A stretch of 64,000 nucleotides of DNA from a virus (lineage: Duplodnaviria; Caudoviricetes), in IMG/VR virus record IMGVR_UViG_3300033412_000476, positions 1 to 64,000 of that record. One strand, written 5' to 3'. Position 1 is the stretch's first letter. Each line of letters starts with the position of its first letter. This document shows positions 27,888 through 36,388 of the stretch, one piece after another. The position numbers were made by a program, and so were the translations under genes. Under the pieces are notes generated by a model. It saw only the letters and a program-made list of their open reading frames with translations, was not told where the DNA came from and did not search any database.

Positions 27888-27903
27888 GTTGCTCTCCTAC
27901 AGG

Positions 27904-27960
27904 GCTCGGGTTCCAGCCGAGCGTCGCACAACCAGACGTTGCCTCAACCGGGCATATTCT
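27904..27960 (-). promoter_or_regulatory. Degenerate promoter plus leader hairpin cassette
   Basis: AGAATA-N16-CGTCTGG; GCTCGG-CTGGAAC-CCGAGC. Confidence 0.6.
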
Positions 27961-28495
27961 TCAAGACCGGTCGCACGATGAAGCCGTACGCGTCGAGCGC
28001 TGCAGCTTCACTCGCGGTCACACGGAAGACTTCGCCTGCGCGCAGCTGGGCAACGATCCACATCGCGGGCTCAATGCCGAGCCCGCTGCAAACCCGCAGC
28101 AGTGTCGCGACGTAAGCTTCGTGTTGCTCGCGGTCGAGCGGCAGCGCGACGACCTCCCAAGTGCACTCGATTACCGGCGGGCGTTTCGCAAACCAGCGCC
28201 CGAGCTCCGCTGCACTCGGCTGCCTGGGATTTGTCGTGAGGGCGATGAGCCGCTCGCGGGCTTCCGCTTCTAGCGCGCGGTTCTTCTCGTCGAGCGCTTC
28301 TAGCAGCGCATCCGCGCACGCGACCGCGGTACGTTCAACGCTGTCGTCTGCTGAGCCCGTCGCGTGACCCAAGATGTATGGTTGCCGCACCGTCGGATCC
28401 TCGAGCAGTAGCTTGAAGATCTCGAGCGCGAAGCGTTCACGTGTTTCCATCAGAGCGCTACCTTCCTGGTTCCATGCGAGCATAGTAGTGGCCAT
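27944..28495 (-). CDS. hypothetical protein
   Basis: ORF track; start uncertain. Confidence 0.5.
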   Translation of the reverse strand: MATTMLAWNQEGSALMETRERFALEIFKLLLEDPTVRQPYILGHATGSADDSVERTAVACADALLEALDEKNRALEAEARERLIALTTNPRQPSAAELGRWFAKRPPVIECTWEVVALPLDREQHEAYVATLLRVCSGLGIEPAMWIVAQLRAGEVFRVTASEAAALDAYGFIVRPVLKNMPG

Positions 28496-28850
28496 CGGGG
28501 AGAATCGAGACCAGGCGAATCAGACATGCACGAGACAGGATGCGCGCGGTCCTGATCTGTTGACCTCGTACCGGCGCAGATGCTTTCGGATCAGCCGGCA
28601 ACGACTGAAGTAACGCCGTCTGTGCAGGCGTGAGCCTAGGCGCTGTACCGCGCGAACGCCGCGCGCTGTACTGCGGGCTTTGACCCCGCAGCTTGTTGGC
28701 GAGCGCGCGGGCTGCGCCGAGCGTCAAGCCCCCGCGGACGTGCAGTGCGCCGATGACGTCGTCGTGGCTCAGCGACTCGAGCGCGGCGAGTATCGCGCCA
28801 ACGTCCTTTCGATTCAGTGGGATCACTTCGTTGGGTGTTTGCGAGCTCAC
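28458..28850 (-). CDS. hypothetical protein
   Basis: GTG overlapping the helicase stop. Confidence 0.45.
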   Translation of the reverse strand: MSSQTPNEVIPLNRKDVGAILAALESLSHDDVIGALHVRGGLTLGAARALANKLRGQSPQYSARRSRGTAPRLTPAQTALLQSLPADPKASAPVRGQQIRTARILSRACLIRLVSILPDGHYYARMEPGR

Positions 28851-30400
28851 TTCACGTCCCCGTCGAGCCACACCAGCTCATGCTTGGCGCGCGTGATGGC
28901 GACGTAGCGGATGTTCTCTTCTTCGGTGCCTTCACGCCAGGTCGTGGTCTCGCCGCGGCTCTTGCAGAAGGTCGCCGAGAGCAGCCACACGCGGCCAGCC
29001 TCGAGCCCCTTGGCGCGGTGGACGGTCGACAGCATGATCACGCTGCTGACGTCGTCGCCGGTGAAGAGCGTGTCAAAGCGCGCGTACAGCTCCGCGAAGC
29101 TGTAGATGCCCTCGACCAAGGCCGTGATGACCGCGCGGTTGTCTCCTGCGATCTCGATGGCGGTCTCGCCGGTGCTCGGGTCGATCTCGCCGCGCTCGAC
29201 GCGCTTGTTGATGACTCGGATCTCAGCGTCGAGCTGTCGGTCGAGCTCCGCGAGCAACCCATCGATGTTGCGCACGCCCGAGCGCTCCACACTCTCGACC
29301 TGCTTGCGCAAGCCTTGGCTGAGGTCACGGCCGCGGATGCGCGCGGCCTTGCCGTTCTTGAGCAGCGTGAGCGCTGCAGGCACGAGCGGGGCGTTGGTAC
29401 GGCTGAGCACGAAATCGCCCGGACCAGCTTCGCGCACGAGCGTGTCGCGTACGTCGAGTGCGTGGCGCACGATGCCGACCGGCGCGGTCGCCGCTGCAAC
29501 GAAGTCGAGGACCAACTTCACAGCCTCGGCCACGACTGCTTGCGGGCAGCGATAGGTGGTCTTCAGGCCCAGCTCGACAGCTTGGAGCGAGCCCTTCATG
29601 CGATCGAGTGCGCTCGCGTCCGCCCCGCGCCAGCTGTAGAGACACTGCCTGTCGTCGCCGATCACGCACACTCGGCCCTCCGGCCGCGTCGCCTTGGTTG
29701 CCAGCTCGAGCTGTGCCGCGGACATGTCCTGCGCTTCGTCAACGCACACGAGGTCATAGCGGCCGAACACCATCCCGTGCACGAGCGGCAGGAAGATCAT
29801 GTCCGAGAAGTCGATCGTGTCGGTCCGGTCGGCGGCGATCTCGGCAGCATCGAGCGCCCACTGCGCGACTGCGCCGTCAGTCCAGCCCCGATCTTCGTCG
29901 AAGTCCTCGCTCGGCAGCAGGTGACCGTAATCGAACGCCATCTGCGTGACGGTGTCCCATGCGCCGTCGTCAGCGTACGCGCGGCCCTTGTCGGTGTCCC
30001 AGTACACCAGGTGTGGCTTGATCTCGCGGATCTTGGTGCACAGCTCGGCAACGCAGCGCAGGACCGACTGAGGGGCGTTCTTGGGCACTACGGCCTTGGC
30101 CAAGGACCACTTGCGGCGGTTGTCGACGTTGAGCTTGGGCCACGCGCGCCGCAGGTACGAGAACCCCAGGCCGTGCAGCGTCTTAGCCTCGGCGCGCGGG
30201 TTGGTCAGCCGCGACTGCAGCTCATCGGCGATGATCTTGTTGAACGCCGCGAGCAAGATCCGGCGCTCGGGCGCACGCGAAATCCCCTCGATGATCGTCG
30301 TCGTCTTGCCCGTGCCAGCGCGAGCGCGAATCACCAGGTTGCCCTTGCCCTCGGCAAACCAGCGGAAGATGTCGTTTTGCTCGGGGCTCCAAGTCTTCAC
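28847..30400 (-). CDS. UvrD/Rep-family SF1A helicase
   Basis: ARAGTGKTT, VDEAQD, GDDRQCLYSWRGA, STVHRAKGLEA, YVAITRAK; start moved to GTG 30400 after GAGGGAG. Confidence 0.9.
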   Translation of the reverse strand: MKTWSPEQNDIFRWFAEGKGNLVIRARAGTGKTTTIIEGISRAPERRILLAAFNKIIADELQSRLTNPRAEAKTLHGLGFSYLRRAWPKLNVDNRRKWSLAKAVVPKNAPQSVLRCVAELCTKIREIKPHLVYWDTDKGRAYADDGAWDTVTQMAFDYGHLLPSEDFDEDRGWTDGAVAQWALDAAEIAADRTDTIDFSDMIFLPLVHGMVFGRYDLVCVDEAQDMSAAQLELATKATRPEGRVCVIGDDRQCLYSWRGADASALDRMKGSLQAVELGLKTTYRCPQAVVAEAVKLVLDFVAAATAPVGIVRHALDVRDTLVREAGPGDFVLSRTNAPLVPAALTLLKNGKAARIRGRDLSQGLRKQVESVERSGVRNIDGLLAELDRQLDAEIRVINKRVERGEIDPSTGETAIEIAGDNRAVITALVEGIYSFAELYARFDTLFTGDDVSSVIMLSTVHRAKGLEAGRVWLLSATFCKSRGETTTWREGTEEENIRYVAITRAKHELVWLDGDVK

Positions 30401-30450
30401 GGCTGCATACTCCCTCTGTTCAGGCTGCGGTGCCTGTTGCGTTGCCCTTC

Positions 30451-30478
30451 TTAGACGAATCCTCGCCACGGCTATTCA
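30451..30478 (-). promoter_or_regulatory. ECF-like promoter
   Basis: TGAATA-N15-CGTCTAA. Confidence 0.8.
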
Positions 30479-30485
30479 CTCGCTT

Positions 30486-30716
30486 TCACGGAAGCAGACA
30501 GTAGCTTGCGCGGCCGACGGCGATCGCGAGCGTTGCACCGTAGAAGTCGCGGCCGTCATCGCCGACGCGCACGACCCACACCCATTCGAGCGCGACCCCG
30601 AGCGGTTCGAGCGCGACAGCCTTGTGCTGCTCTCGCGAGATCGAGACTGTGTGATACGCCTGCGCCAAGCGCTCGATCTCAGCCTGCACTTCGGCGGCGC
30701 GGTGCAGCGTCTTCAC
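30486..30716 (-). CDS. small hypothetical protein
   Basis: Coupled to the upstream ORF. Confidence 0.55.
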   Translation of the reverse strand: MKTLHRAAEVQAEIERLAQAYHTVSISREQHKAVALEPLGVALEWVWVVRVGDDGRDFYGATLAIAVGRASYCLLP

Positions 30717-31018
30717 GGCAACGCTCGGAAGGTCGACCCGACCAGTGGCACGGCGATGTGTTCGCCGCGTGACTCGAGTGACCAGTCCGGATAGAGCGCC
30801 ACGCAGCCGGGCTCGGGCTCGAACGCGACGCTACCGATTGCCGCCCCGCGCTCAGCTCGACGCTGCAGCGCGTCGATTCGAGCCTGCGCAATGTCGGCCC
30901 GCTTGCGCGGCGAAAGGTGCGCTGTGCTGTTACCGATCTCGCCGCCGCGCCCTTGGATCGGCCCGACCAGCACACGACCATCCGCCAACTTCACGCGAAA
31001 CCGCACTACGCCTTCCAT
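30713..31018 (-). CDS. small hypothetical protein
   Basis: AGGAGGA RBS, start MEGVVRF. Confidence 0.6.
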   Translation of the reverse strand: MEGVVRFRVKLADGRVLVGPIQGRGGEIGNSTAHLSPRKRADIAQARIDALQRRAERGAAIGSVAFEPEPGCVALYPDWSLESRGEHIAVPLVGSTFRALP

Positions 31019-31043
31019 TCCGATCCTCCTACAGCTCGCCCGC

Positions 31044-31071
31044 TTAGACGAAAACTGTTTTCGGCGATTCA
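31044..31071 (-). promoter_or_regulatory. ECF-like promoter
   Basis: TGAATC-N15-CGTCTAA; spacer holds GAAAACAGTTTTC inverted repeat. Confidence 0.8.
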
Positions 31072-31260
31072 ACGCTCCGCGGCGTCGACCTCCAAGATCG
31101 TGAAGACCACCGCGCGCAGCCGAGCGTATGTCAGCTCGTCGCCCGGCTTGGATGCACGCGCACCCATTCGGAAGAGCCGACCGAGCGCCATCCGCATCAA
31201 CACGGCGCGCTCGTCCTTGCTCAGCGAGGCGATCGCCTCCGCTTCTGCAGGTAGGCTCAT
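31069..31260 (-). CDS. small hypothetical protein
   Basis: Stop TGA is the -35 box of the next promoter. Confidence 0.55.
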   Translation of the reverse strand: MSLPAEAEAIASLSKDERAVLMRMALGRLFRMGARASKPGDELTYARLRAVVFTILEVDAAER

Positions 31261-31265
31261 GATCT

Positions 31266-31655
31266 TCAGGCCCCCCAGATCAAGCCGTCGTCACCCACAT
31301 ACAGGTGATACTCGTGGAACGCTTTGCATGCATCGGTGAGCGTTGTTGCGGCGGGCTCCGACCAATCGCCATCCCAGAACCCCGCGCCGTGGCCGTTGCG
31401 CGTCAGCCAAAAGTCGTGGCCGGCTTGCTCGTCCTCAGAGTGCTCGCTCACGCGGGCCCACTGACCGGACCACGTCGAGCGCTGCGCTTCGAAGAAGGCT
31501 TTGCAGTCCGCTTCGAGCTTCGCGCGAGTCTCGGGCGCGAGATCTTCCGGGCCGTAGTTGTCGTCGATCGGATCGCCGCCGTCGTCGCGACTCTCGTCGT
31601 TGCTCGACCACAGGGCGCACGTGATGTACGCCCGCGTGAAGTCCGCGAGGCTCAC
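31266..31655 (-). CDS. conserved phage early protein (GHDFWLTRNxHGAGFWD family)
   Basis: AYITCALWSS...AGHDFWLTRNGHGAGFWDGDW; function not known to me. Confidence 0.72.
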   Translation of the reverse strand: MSLADFTRAYITCALWSSNDESRDDGGDPIDDNYGPEDLAPETRAKLEADCKAFFEAQRSTWSGQWARVSEHSEDEQAGHDFWLTRNGHGAGFWDGDWSEPAATTLTDACKAFHEYHLYVGDDGLIWGA

Positions 31656-31885
31656 AACGACACCTCGCGGTCAAAGGTGACCTGCAGGTTGAACACGCCG
31701 TGCACGTCGTGCCGCAGGGGCACGAGCGCGTAGATCCGCTGCGCACGTAGCGCGAAGCTGCACCGGTGCACGACCATGTCCGGGCTGCGTCGGCAGCTCT
31801 TCAGCAGCCCTTGCGCCGCTGCGCGATCGATCGGCTTGCCGTTCCAGGGCAAGCCCGTGCCAAAGAGAACGTATTGATAGCCCAC
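31652..31885 (-). CDS. small hypothetical protein
   Basis: AGGAG plus CAAC-GTG after the hairpin. Confidence 0.55.
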   Translation of the reverse strand: MGYQYVLFGTGLPWNGKPIDRAAAQGLLKSCRRSPDMVVHRCSFALRAQRIYALVPLRHDVHGVFNLQVTFDREVSL

Positions 31886-31900
31886 GTTGCTTGTCTCCTG

Positions 31901-31955
31901 CCCCGGGTTCCAGCCGGGGTTGCATCTTAGACGTTGTCTGCTTGCTCTGCATTCA
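31901..31955 (-). promoter_or_regulatory. Promoter plus leader hairpin cassette
   Basis: TGAATG-N16-CGTCTAA; CCCCGG-CTGGAAC-CCGGGG. Confidence 0.8.
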
Positions 31956-32160
31956 TCCATTCGAGCAGCGAAACATGCCGATCGACGATCTTCACAGTGA
32001 AGGTGTGACCCGTCCGCGCAAGCGACACGCACAGCGCCGAGAAGTCCGTATCGGTGTGGTGCGCATGCACGTACGGCTCACCCTTCGCGATACGCGCCGA
32101 GCCAAGGCGTGCGTTGTGACCACAGCGCAAGCGCACCACCTCGACAACTACGGCGCTCAC
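31927..32160 (-). CDS. small hypothetical protein
   Basis: GTG coupled to upstream stop; its TAA is inside CGTCTAA. Confidence 0.5.
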   Translation of the reverse strand: MSAVVVEVVRLRCGHNARLGSARIAKGEPYVHAHHTDTDFSALCVSLARTGHTFTVKIVDRHVSLLEWMNAEQADNV

Positions 32161-32372
32161 GGTGCCTCGACTGCGCGCACGTCTGCGACGTCGTAGTTGA
32201 CCTCGCAGCCCGCGAAAACGCCGGAGTCGATCTTCAGGACCGCGAGCACCCCGCGGCCATAGTCGTGATACCGCACGAATGTGTAGCCTTTGAACCAGTC
32301 CGCGCAGCGGTAGGCCCACAGCGTGCGCACTTCGACCGGCGCACCGGGTTTCAGATCGAGTTGCGTGTTCAT
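32157..32372 (-). CDS. small hypothetical protein (SH3-like pattern)
   Basis: LKPGAPVEV...WFKG..FV; coupled. Confidence 0.5.
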   Translation of the reverse strand: MNTQLDLKPGAPVEVRTLWAYRCADWFKGYTFVRYHDYGRGVLAVLKIDSGVFAGCEVNYDVADVRAVEAP

Positions 32373-32599
32373 CGCGACACCGCGTCTGCAGGCACGTAGG
32401 CGTAGCGGTGTGCGAGGTCGTGGCGACCGAACGAGTCCGGGCCGGCGTTCCACTCAGGCAGGAACCGCTCGGGGTTCCTGACGGCATACAGCGGCTTGCC
32501 CATGCCGTCGGGGACGACGTCCAGCTCGGTCCCCGCGGGGACGTCGATCACCGTCGAGCGCGTGATCGTGAGCCGTAGTGCTCGGTTGGTGACTGGCAT
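32369..32599 (-). CDS. small hypothetical protein
   Basis: GAGGTAGG RBS. Confidence 0.55.
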   Translation of the reverse strand: MPVTNRALRLTITRSTVIDVPAGTELDVVPDGMGKPLYAVRNPERFLPEWNAGPDSFGRHDLAHRYAYVPADAVSR

Positions 32600-32603
32600 G
32601 TTC

Positions 32604-32882
32604 CTACCTCAGCCCTTTCCAGTGTTGGATCTGAAGATCTTTTGCGTACCGCTCGGTATCGGCGACACTCACCCAATGCCAGGGTGCGCCCGCACAGAGT
32701 CGAAACTGCAGCGCGACACCTAGCTCAACGCCAACACGTGCGTCTGTGTTCAGCACGTCGCGCAGAGCTTGCATTGCGCCGAGCAACGTTCGATGTGGTC
32801 GGCTGCTAGCGGGCCAGCCTCTGGGGTTGTCAGCGTGCACGGGGCCGCCGTCGCTTACGTATCTGATCCGCCAAGTGCCCAC
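32604..32882 (-). CDS. small hypothetical protein
   Basis: GAGG RBS. Confidence 0.5.
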   Translation of the reverse strand: MGTWRIRYVSDGGPVHADNPRGWPASSRPHRTLLGAMQALRDVLNTDARVGVELGVALQFRLCAGAPWHWVSVADTERYAKDLQIQHWKGLR

Positions 32883-32886
32883 GGTG

Positions 32887-33102
32887 CTACCTCACGCCCG
32901 GCGGGAAGATCTCGGCGAACGCTTCCGCCTCGTCGTCGAAGTTGAAGTGACCCCATTCGCAGCGCGCTTTGCGGACAACCGCTGCGCGGTCAGCACCCTT
33001 GATCGTGCTGTACGGGCAGCGCGCAACCCAGGTGCCGTCAGGCGCTTGCGTCAAGCTGTAGTTGGTGCGGATGTACCGCTGCCGTTCGTTCGGCGTTGAC
33101 AC
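32887..33102 (-). CDS. small hypothetical protein
   Basis: GGAGG plus CAAC-GTG. Confidence 0.6.
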   Translation of the reverse strand: MSTPNERQRYIRTNYSLTQAPDGTWVARCPYSTIKGADRAAVVRKARCEWGHFNFDDEAEAFAEIFPPGVR

Positions 33103-33116
33103 GTTGCCTCCGTTCT

Positions 33117-33170
33117 CGCGGGTTCCGCCGCGTTGTGCTGATTAGACGTTGCTCGTGCTCGAGGGATTCA
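33117..33170 (-). promoter_or_regulatory. Promoter plus leader hairpin cassette
   Basis: TGAATC-N16-CGTCTAA; CGCGG-CGGAAC-CCGCG. Confidence 0.82.
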
Positions 33171-33513
33171 CCCGACCGGGGCAGAAATCGCCCCGCACGC
33201 ACGTCTGCGTGACTGCGGAGAGCACCGATCCACAGCGTGAGCACGCGCCGATCGTCGGCGCAGTGCGGCCCGACGCTGCGCTCGCGATCTTCGCAAGCAG
33301 TGCTCGCCCGGCTTCCGTTGCGGTCGCGTACGGATAGGCGACTGTCACCAGATCCTTGCGTGCCAGCTCATAGCAGGCTCCGCCGTTGGTTGCTTCGTGG
33401 CACCCATGCGGTCGAGCGGCCGCGAGTAGCGTGTCGTACAGGCGCCAACTGAGGGCCTTGCAGCCGTTGTCCCGGGCTGCTGTCCACGTGCGTTTGGCTT
33501 GGGCGCGGTTCAT
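33142..33513 (-). CDS. hypothetical protein, C-terminal CxxC..C..C
   Basis: Stop TAA inside CGTCTAA. Confidence 0.55.
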   Translation of the reverse strand: MNRAQAKRTWTAARDNGCKALSWRLYDTLLAAARPHGCHEATNGGACYELARKDLVTVAYPYATATEAGRALLAKIASAASGRTAPTIGACSRCGSVLSAVTQTCVRGDFCPGRVNPSSTSNV

Positions 33514-33767
33514 GGTTCTTCACCACAGCGGCGAAGCACGTCACAGTAGTAGGCGTCAAGCGTCCCGCAGTGGAGTCGACCCGACTCCATGTTCAGCAAA
33601 CCCCGCGCTGCGCGGCACAAGTCAGCCAGGTAGTCCGCGGCGTACTCGTCCGCAGCCCACTGCGCAGCGGCCGTAACGATCGCTCTGTGCAGCTGCACAT
33701 GTGCTCGCTCGGGACCGCGGGGTGACGCCATCGCGGCGTCGTGCCGAGTCTTCTCGTCCGTGCTCAC
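33510..33767 (-). CDS. small hypothetical protein
   Basis: GGAAGG plus CAAC-GTG. Confidence 0.6.
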   Translation of the reverse strand: MSTDEKTRHDAAMASPRGPERAHVQLHRAIVTAAAQWAADEYAADYLADLCRAARGLLNMESGRLHCGTLDAYYCDVLRRCGEEP

Positions 33768-33783
33768 GTTGACCTTCCGTTCT

Positions 33784-33839
33784 GCGCGGGTTTCCGCCGC
33801 GCGTGCCTGGTTAGACGAAAACTGTTTGCGAGGTATTCA
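33784..33839 (-). promoter_or_regulatory. Promoter plus leader hairpin cassette
   Basis: TGAATA-N16-CGTCTAA; GCGCGG-CGGAAAC-CCGCGC. Confidence 0.85.
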
Positions 33840-34130
33840 GTCGTTCCAAGGCCGACGATCGGCGCCGTCGGAGTCTTTGAGTGTGCACAGCGCGCACGGG
33901 TTAGGGCCTGGCCTGCCGCAGTCGCACGCGACCTCACGCCGCGACAACTCGAGCCCGTCGAACGTTGCCGCACACTGAGCCACGCGAGCGGGGTTGAGCA
34001 CGCGCAGCGCGTCGCCTTCCGCCGACGACTCTGCGGCGCGCGTGCGGAGCACGAGGCTGCGAAACTCGCGGTAGTCCTCGGGTGACTGCGCAGTGACGTC
34101 CACGAGCCAGCCCTTGCGAAGCGTGATCAT
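33837..34130 (-). CDS. small hypothetical protein with CxC..CxxC
   Basis: Stop TGA is the -35 box. Confidence 0.55.
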   Translation of the reverse strand: MITLRKGWLVDVTAQSPEDYREFRSLVLRTRAAESSAEGDALRVLNPARVAQCAATFDGLELSRREVACDCGRPGPNPCALCTLKDSDGADRRPWND

Positions 34131-34471
34131 GTCGCCACCTCCCCGATCACTTCGCCCGAGATACCATCGAAAAGCAGGAACGACCGCGCGGTATTGCCCA
34201 GCTTTTCAGCCGCCCACACACGCGCTTCCGCGATGCTGGCGAAGCAGCCCCGGGTCAAGGTCGCGAACGGTCCCGTTGACTCTGTGGGGTGCCATTCGGT
34301 GCGACCCTCGATCGTGAACGGAATGCAAACCGTCCAGTAGCGGTCGAACACTAGCGAGCCGTCGACGTCGACCTTTCGGCCAACCACTGACGCCAGATCA
34401 CCCATAGCCACAAGCACCCTCCGTCGGCCTGCCATCTTCAGTGCGCGTAGGCCAGATCGCGCAGACCCCAA
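34127..34471 (-). CDS. small hypothetical protein (start uncertain)
   Basis: Stop coupled to the next ATG. Confidence 0.5.
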   Translation of the reverse strand: MGSARSGLRALKMAGRRRVLVAMGDLASVVGRKVDVDGSLVFDRYWTVCIPFTIEGRTEWHPTESTGPFATLTRGCFASIAEARVWAAEKLGNTARSFLLFDGISGEVIGEVAT

Positions 34472-34486
34472 GTCGGGGTTTCGGCT

Positions 34487-34732
34487 TCAGTCGATCGTCA
34501 GATCGTACAGGTGCTGGACGCCACCGTCGGAGTAGTCGACGCCCCACAGCAAGCGCGCCGCACCGGGGTCACGCTTGGGGCTGAGCCCTACCGCGATCGT
34601 CTCGCCCGACTCGCAGCTGACGTCGGAAGCCAGCTCGCGCGCTGCAGCTTCGATGGCCTGCGGGTTCGCTTCGCCATGCAGCTGCCGAGCATGGCAGTCG
34701 CCAAACCGATCCTTGATCACCACACAACCCAT
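34487..34732 (-). CDS. small hypothetical protein
   Basis: AAAGGAG RBS after the hairpin. Confidence 0.6.
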   Translation of the reverse strand: MGCVVIKDRFGDCHARQLHGEANPQAIEAAARELASDVSCESGETIAVGLSPKRDPGAARLLWGVDYSDGGVQHLYDLTID

Positions 34733-34748
34733 GACGCATCGCTCCTTT

Positions 34749-34799
34749 GCGCGGGTTCCGCCGCGCGCTTGTTAGACGGGCTTGCGCCCGAGAGATTCA
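34749..34799 (-). promoter_or_regulatory. Promoter plus leader hairpin cassette
   Basis: TGAATC-N15-CGTCTAA; GCGCGG-CGGAAC-CCGCGC. Confidence 0.85.
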
Positions 34800-35153
34800 C
34801 TTCGCCGCGTACTTCGCCCAACGGCGAGCGCGCTTGATGCGGTACTGCGCGCGGACATCGGCGATCGCCTCGTCACGCGTAGCGCCGAGCCCGGTCGCAA
34901 CGAGGTTTCCGCCGCGGTACAGCTCAGCGTGCCGGTAGCCCCCGGGCATACCCGGGGTGTAGGGGTCCTCGCGCACCTGAAAGCGCTGGCCAAAGCCGTC
35001 CAGCTCGCGAAGCTTCGCCTTGTCTTCGCTGTAGGTCGCCGCCGCGCGCAACCAGCGGACCGTCGCAGAGGTGCCGCACAGCGCGGTCACTTCGCCGATG
35101 TCGTGCTCCGCACTACCGGGCCGACCCGACGCAACCATGGACCCTACACGCAT
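34797..35153 (-). CDS. first leftward early-type gene, hypothetical
   Basis: AGGAGG RBS; stop TGA is the next -35 box. Confidence 0.6.
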   Translation of the reverse strand: MRVGSMVASGRPGSAEHDIGEVTALCGTSATVRWLRAAATYSEDKAKLRELDGFGQRFQVREDPYTPGMPGGYRHAELYRGGNLVATGLGATRDEAIADVRAQYRIKRARRWAKYAAK

Positions 35154-35170
35154 TCGCCGTACCTCCTGCC

Positions 35171-35224
35171 GGGGGTTTCCGCCCCGTTCGCCCATTTAGA
35201 CGGGGGCCCCCGGGGGCGTATTCA
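35171..35224 (-). promoter_or_regulatory. Leftward central promoter plus hairpin
   Basis: TGAATA-N16-CGTCTAA; GGGG-CGGAAAC-CCCC. Confidence 0.85.
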
Positions 35225-35229
35225 AAGGC

Positions 35230-35291
35230 TGTCAAAAAATAGCTCTTTTTTGACAAAAAGCCTGCGTATTACTATAGTAATACACGCTTTT
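35230..35291. promoter_or_regulatory. AT-rich divergence centre: 10-6-10 inverted repeat, 18-bp palindrome and rightward sigma70 promoter
   Basis: TGTCAAAAAA-TAGCTC-TTTTTTGACA (35230-35255); GTATTACTATAGTAATAC (35266-35283); TTGACA-N17-TATAGT (35250-35278). Confidence 0.75.
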
Positions 35292-35303
35292 CTTTGGGCA
35301 TGG

Positions 35304-35356
35304 TGAATACGGCCCGAAAACCGCCGTCTAATAGGGCGAACGCGGCGGAAACCGCG
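35304..35356 (+). promoter_or_regulatory. Rightward central promoter plus hairpin
   Basis: TGAATA-N15-CGTCTAA; CGCGG-CGGAAA-CCGCG. Confidence 0.85.
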
Positions 35357-35396
35357 GAAGAACCCCCGGGATGGATCCGGGGCTGAAGGAGGGCTT

Positions 35397-35894
35397 ATGG
35401 CACTGCATTTCAAGGGTGAACGGGGCGTCCAGTACGCCGGGCGCGTGCTGCGCGACCGCTACGTGAGTGACGTTCGGATCATGAGTGACGTTTGGGCTGG
35501 ACAGTACATGCTCGATTGCGTCGAGCCCGATGGATCGATCACGTCGATCGCGTACATGACGGAAGGCTTTGGCGGGAACCCGGGGCTGGAGTCGTGGGAG
35601 ATCGACGCCACCCCGGAAGCGATCGCGCAGCACGAAGCTTGGCTCGCGGCGCGCGAGGCTGAGCGCGTCGAGCTGGAAGCGCGCCGCGCTCGCGCGATCG
35701 CCGCAGCTGAGGCTAAGGCGGTTCGCAAGGGCCGGCGCTGCAAGGTTGTGCGCGGTCGCAAGGTGCCCAAGGGCACGGAAGGCGTGTGCATCTGGGTTGG
35801 CGACGGTCACTACGGCGAGCGTTGCGGCATCAAGGACGACTCCGGAACCGTCCACTGGACCGCGAGCAAGAACGTCGAAGCGATCGCCCCGTGA
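35397..35894 (+). CDS. first rightward early-type gene, hypothetical with SH3/KOW-like C-terminus
   Basis: AAGGAGG RBS; KGRRCKVVRGRKVPKGTEG...GERCGI. Confidence 0.65.
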   Translation: MALHFKGERGVQYAGRVLRDRYVSDVRIMSDVWAGQYMLDCVEPDGSITSIAYMTEGFGGNPGLESWEIDATPEAIAQHEAWLAAREAERVELEARRARAIAAAEAKAVRKGRRCKVVRGRKVPKGTEGVCIWVGDGHYGERCGIKDDSGTVHWTASKNVEAIAP

Positions 35895-35906
35895 TCGCTA
35901 GCGCGT

Positions 35907-35992
35907 GAGCCCCCTGCGGGGCTCCGCATCCCTCGCAGCGCAAGCGCCCGACGTTGGCGCGGCGAGGGATGCGCCGGCCGGAACACCGGCGC
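35907..35992 (+). other. Structured intergenic leader ending in a GGAA-loop hairpin
   Basis: GAGCCCC/GGGGCTC hairpin; CGCATCCCTCGC/GCGAGGGATGCG 12-bp stem; GCGCCGG-CCGGAACA-CCGGCGC then AGGAGG (inner coordinates approximate). Confidence 0.6.
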
Positions 35993-36007
35993 TAGGAGGC
36001 TAGGAAC

Positions 36008-36349
36008 GTGGATCAACATGATCTCCCGCGGAGCTTTGGCCGACGTACGGCCGGTGTAGCTAACGCACGTGCAGCAGCACAACGGCTGATCGCCGATGCG
36101 ACCGCGCTGGACGGCGGTGCGATCGACCGCGCGAAGTATCTGCTAGAGCTTCGCCCCGCAACGCTGGCCAAAGCCTGCGGGATCACTACGGCTGATCTGC
36201 AAGCACTGCTCTGCGAAGCCCGTGAGCAGTACCACACCGCTGAGCACGCGCGACCTGTGCGCGCCAGTGTCAGCATGATCCGTCGGCGTGTCGAGTTTCG
36301 CGTAGCGCTCGCGCTCGCGAAAGAGATCGTAGTGAATACCGGCAGCTGA
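36008..36349 (+). CDS. hypothetical protein, possible HTH
   Basis: PATLAKACGITTADL; RBS plus AAC-GTG. Confidence 0.55.
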   Translation: MDQHDLPRSFGRRTAGVANARAAAQRLIADATALDGGAIDRAKYLLELRPATLAKACGITTADLQALLCEAREQYHTAEHARPVRASVSMIRRRVEFRVALALAKEIVVNTGS

Positions 36350-36361
36350 AGCGCCGTCTAA
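36333..36361 (+). promoter_or_regulatory. ECF-like promoter (no hairpin)
   Basis: TGAATA-N16-CGTCTAA. Confidence 0.82.
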
Positions 36362-36388
36362 GACAGCAAACCCGAGAGAAGGAAGAAC

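Noticed and set aside
35230-35235. Leftward sigma70 promoter from the minus-strand TTGACA
   Set aside because: No -10 box 17 nt downstream (GC-only sequence); better explained as the arm of the inverted repeat
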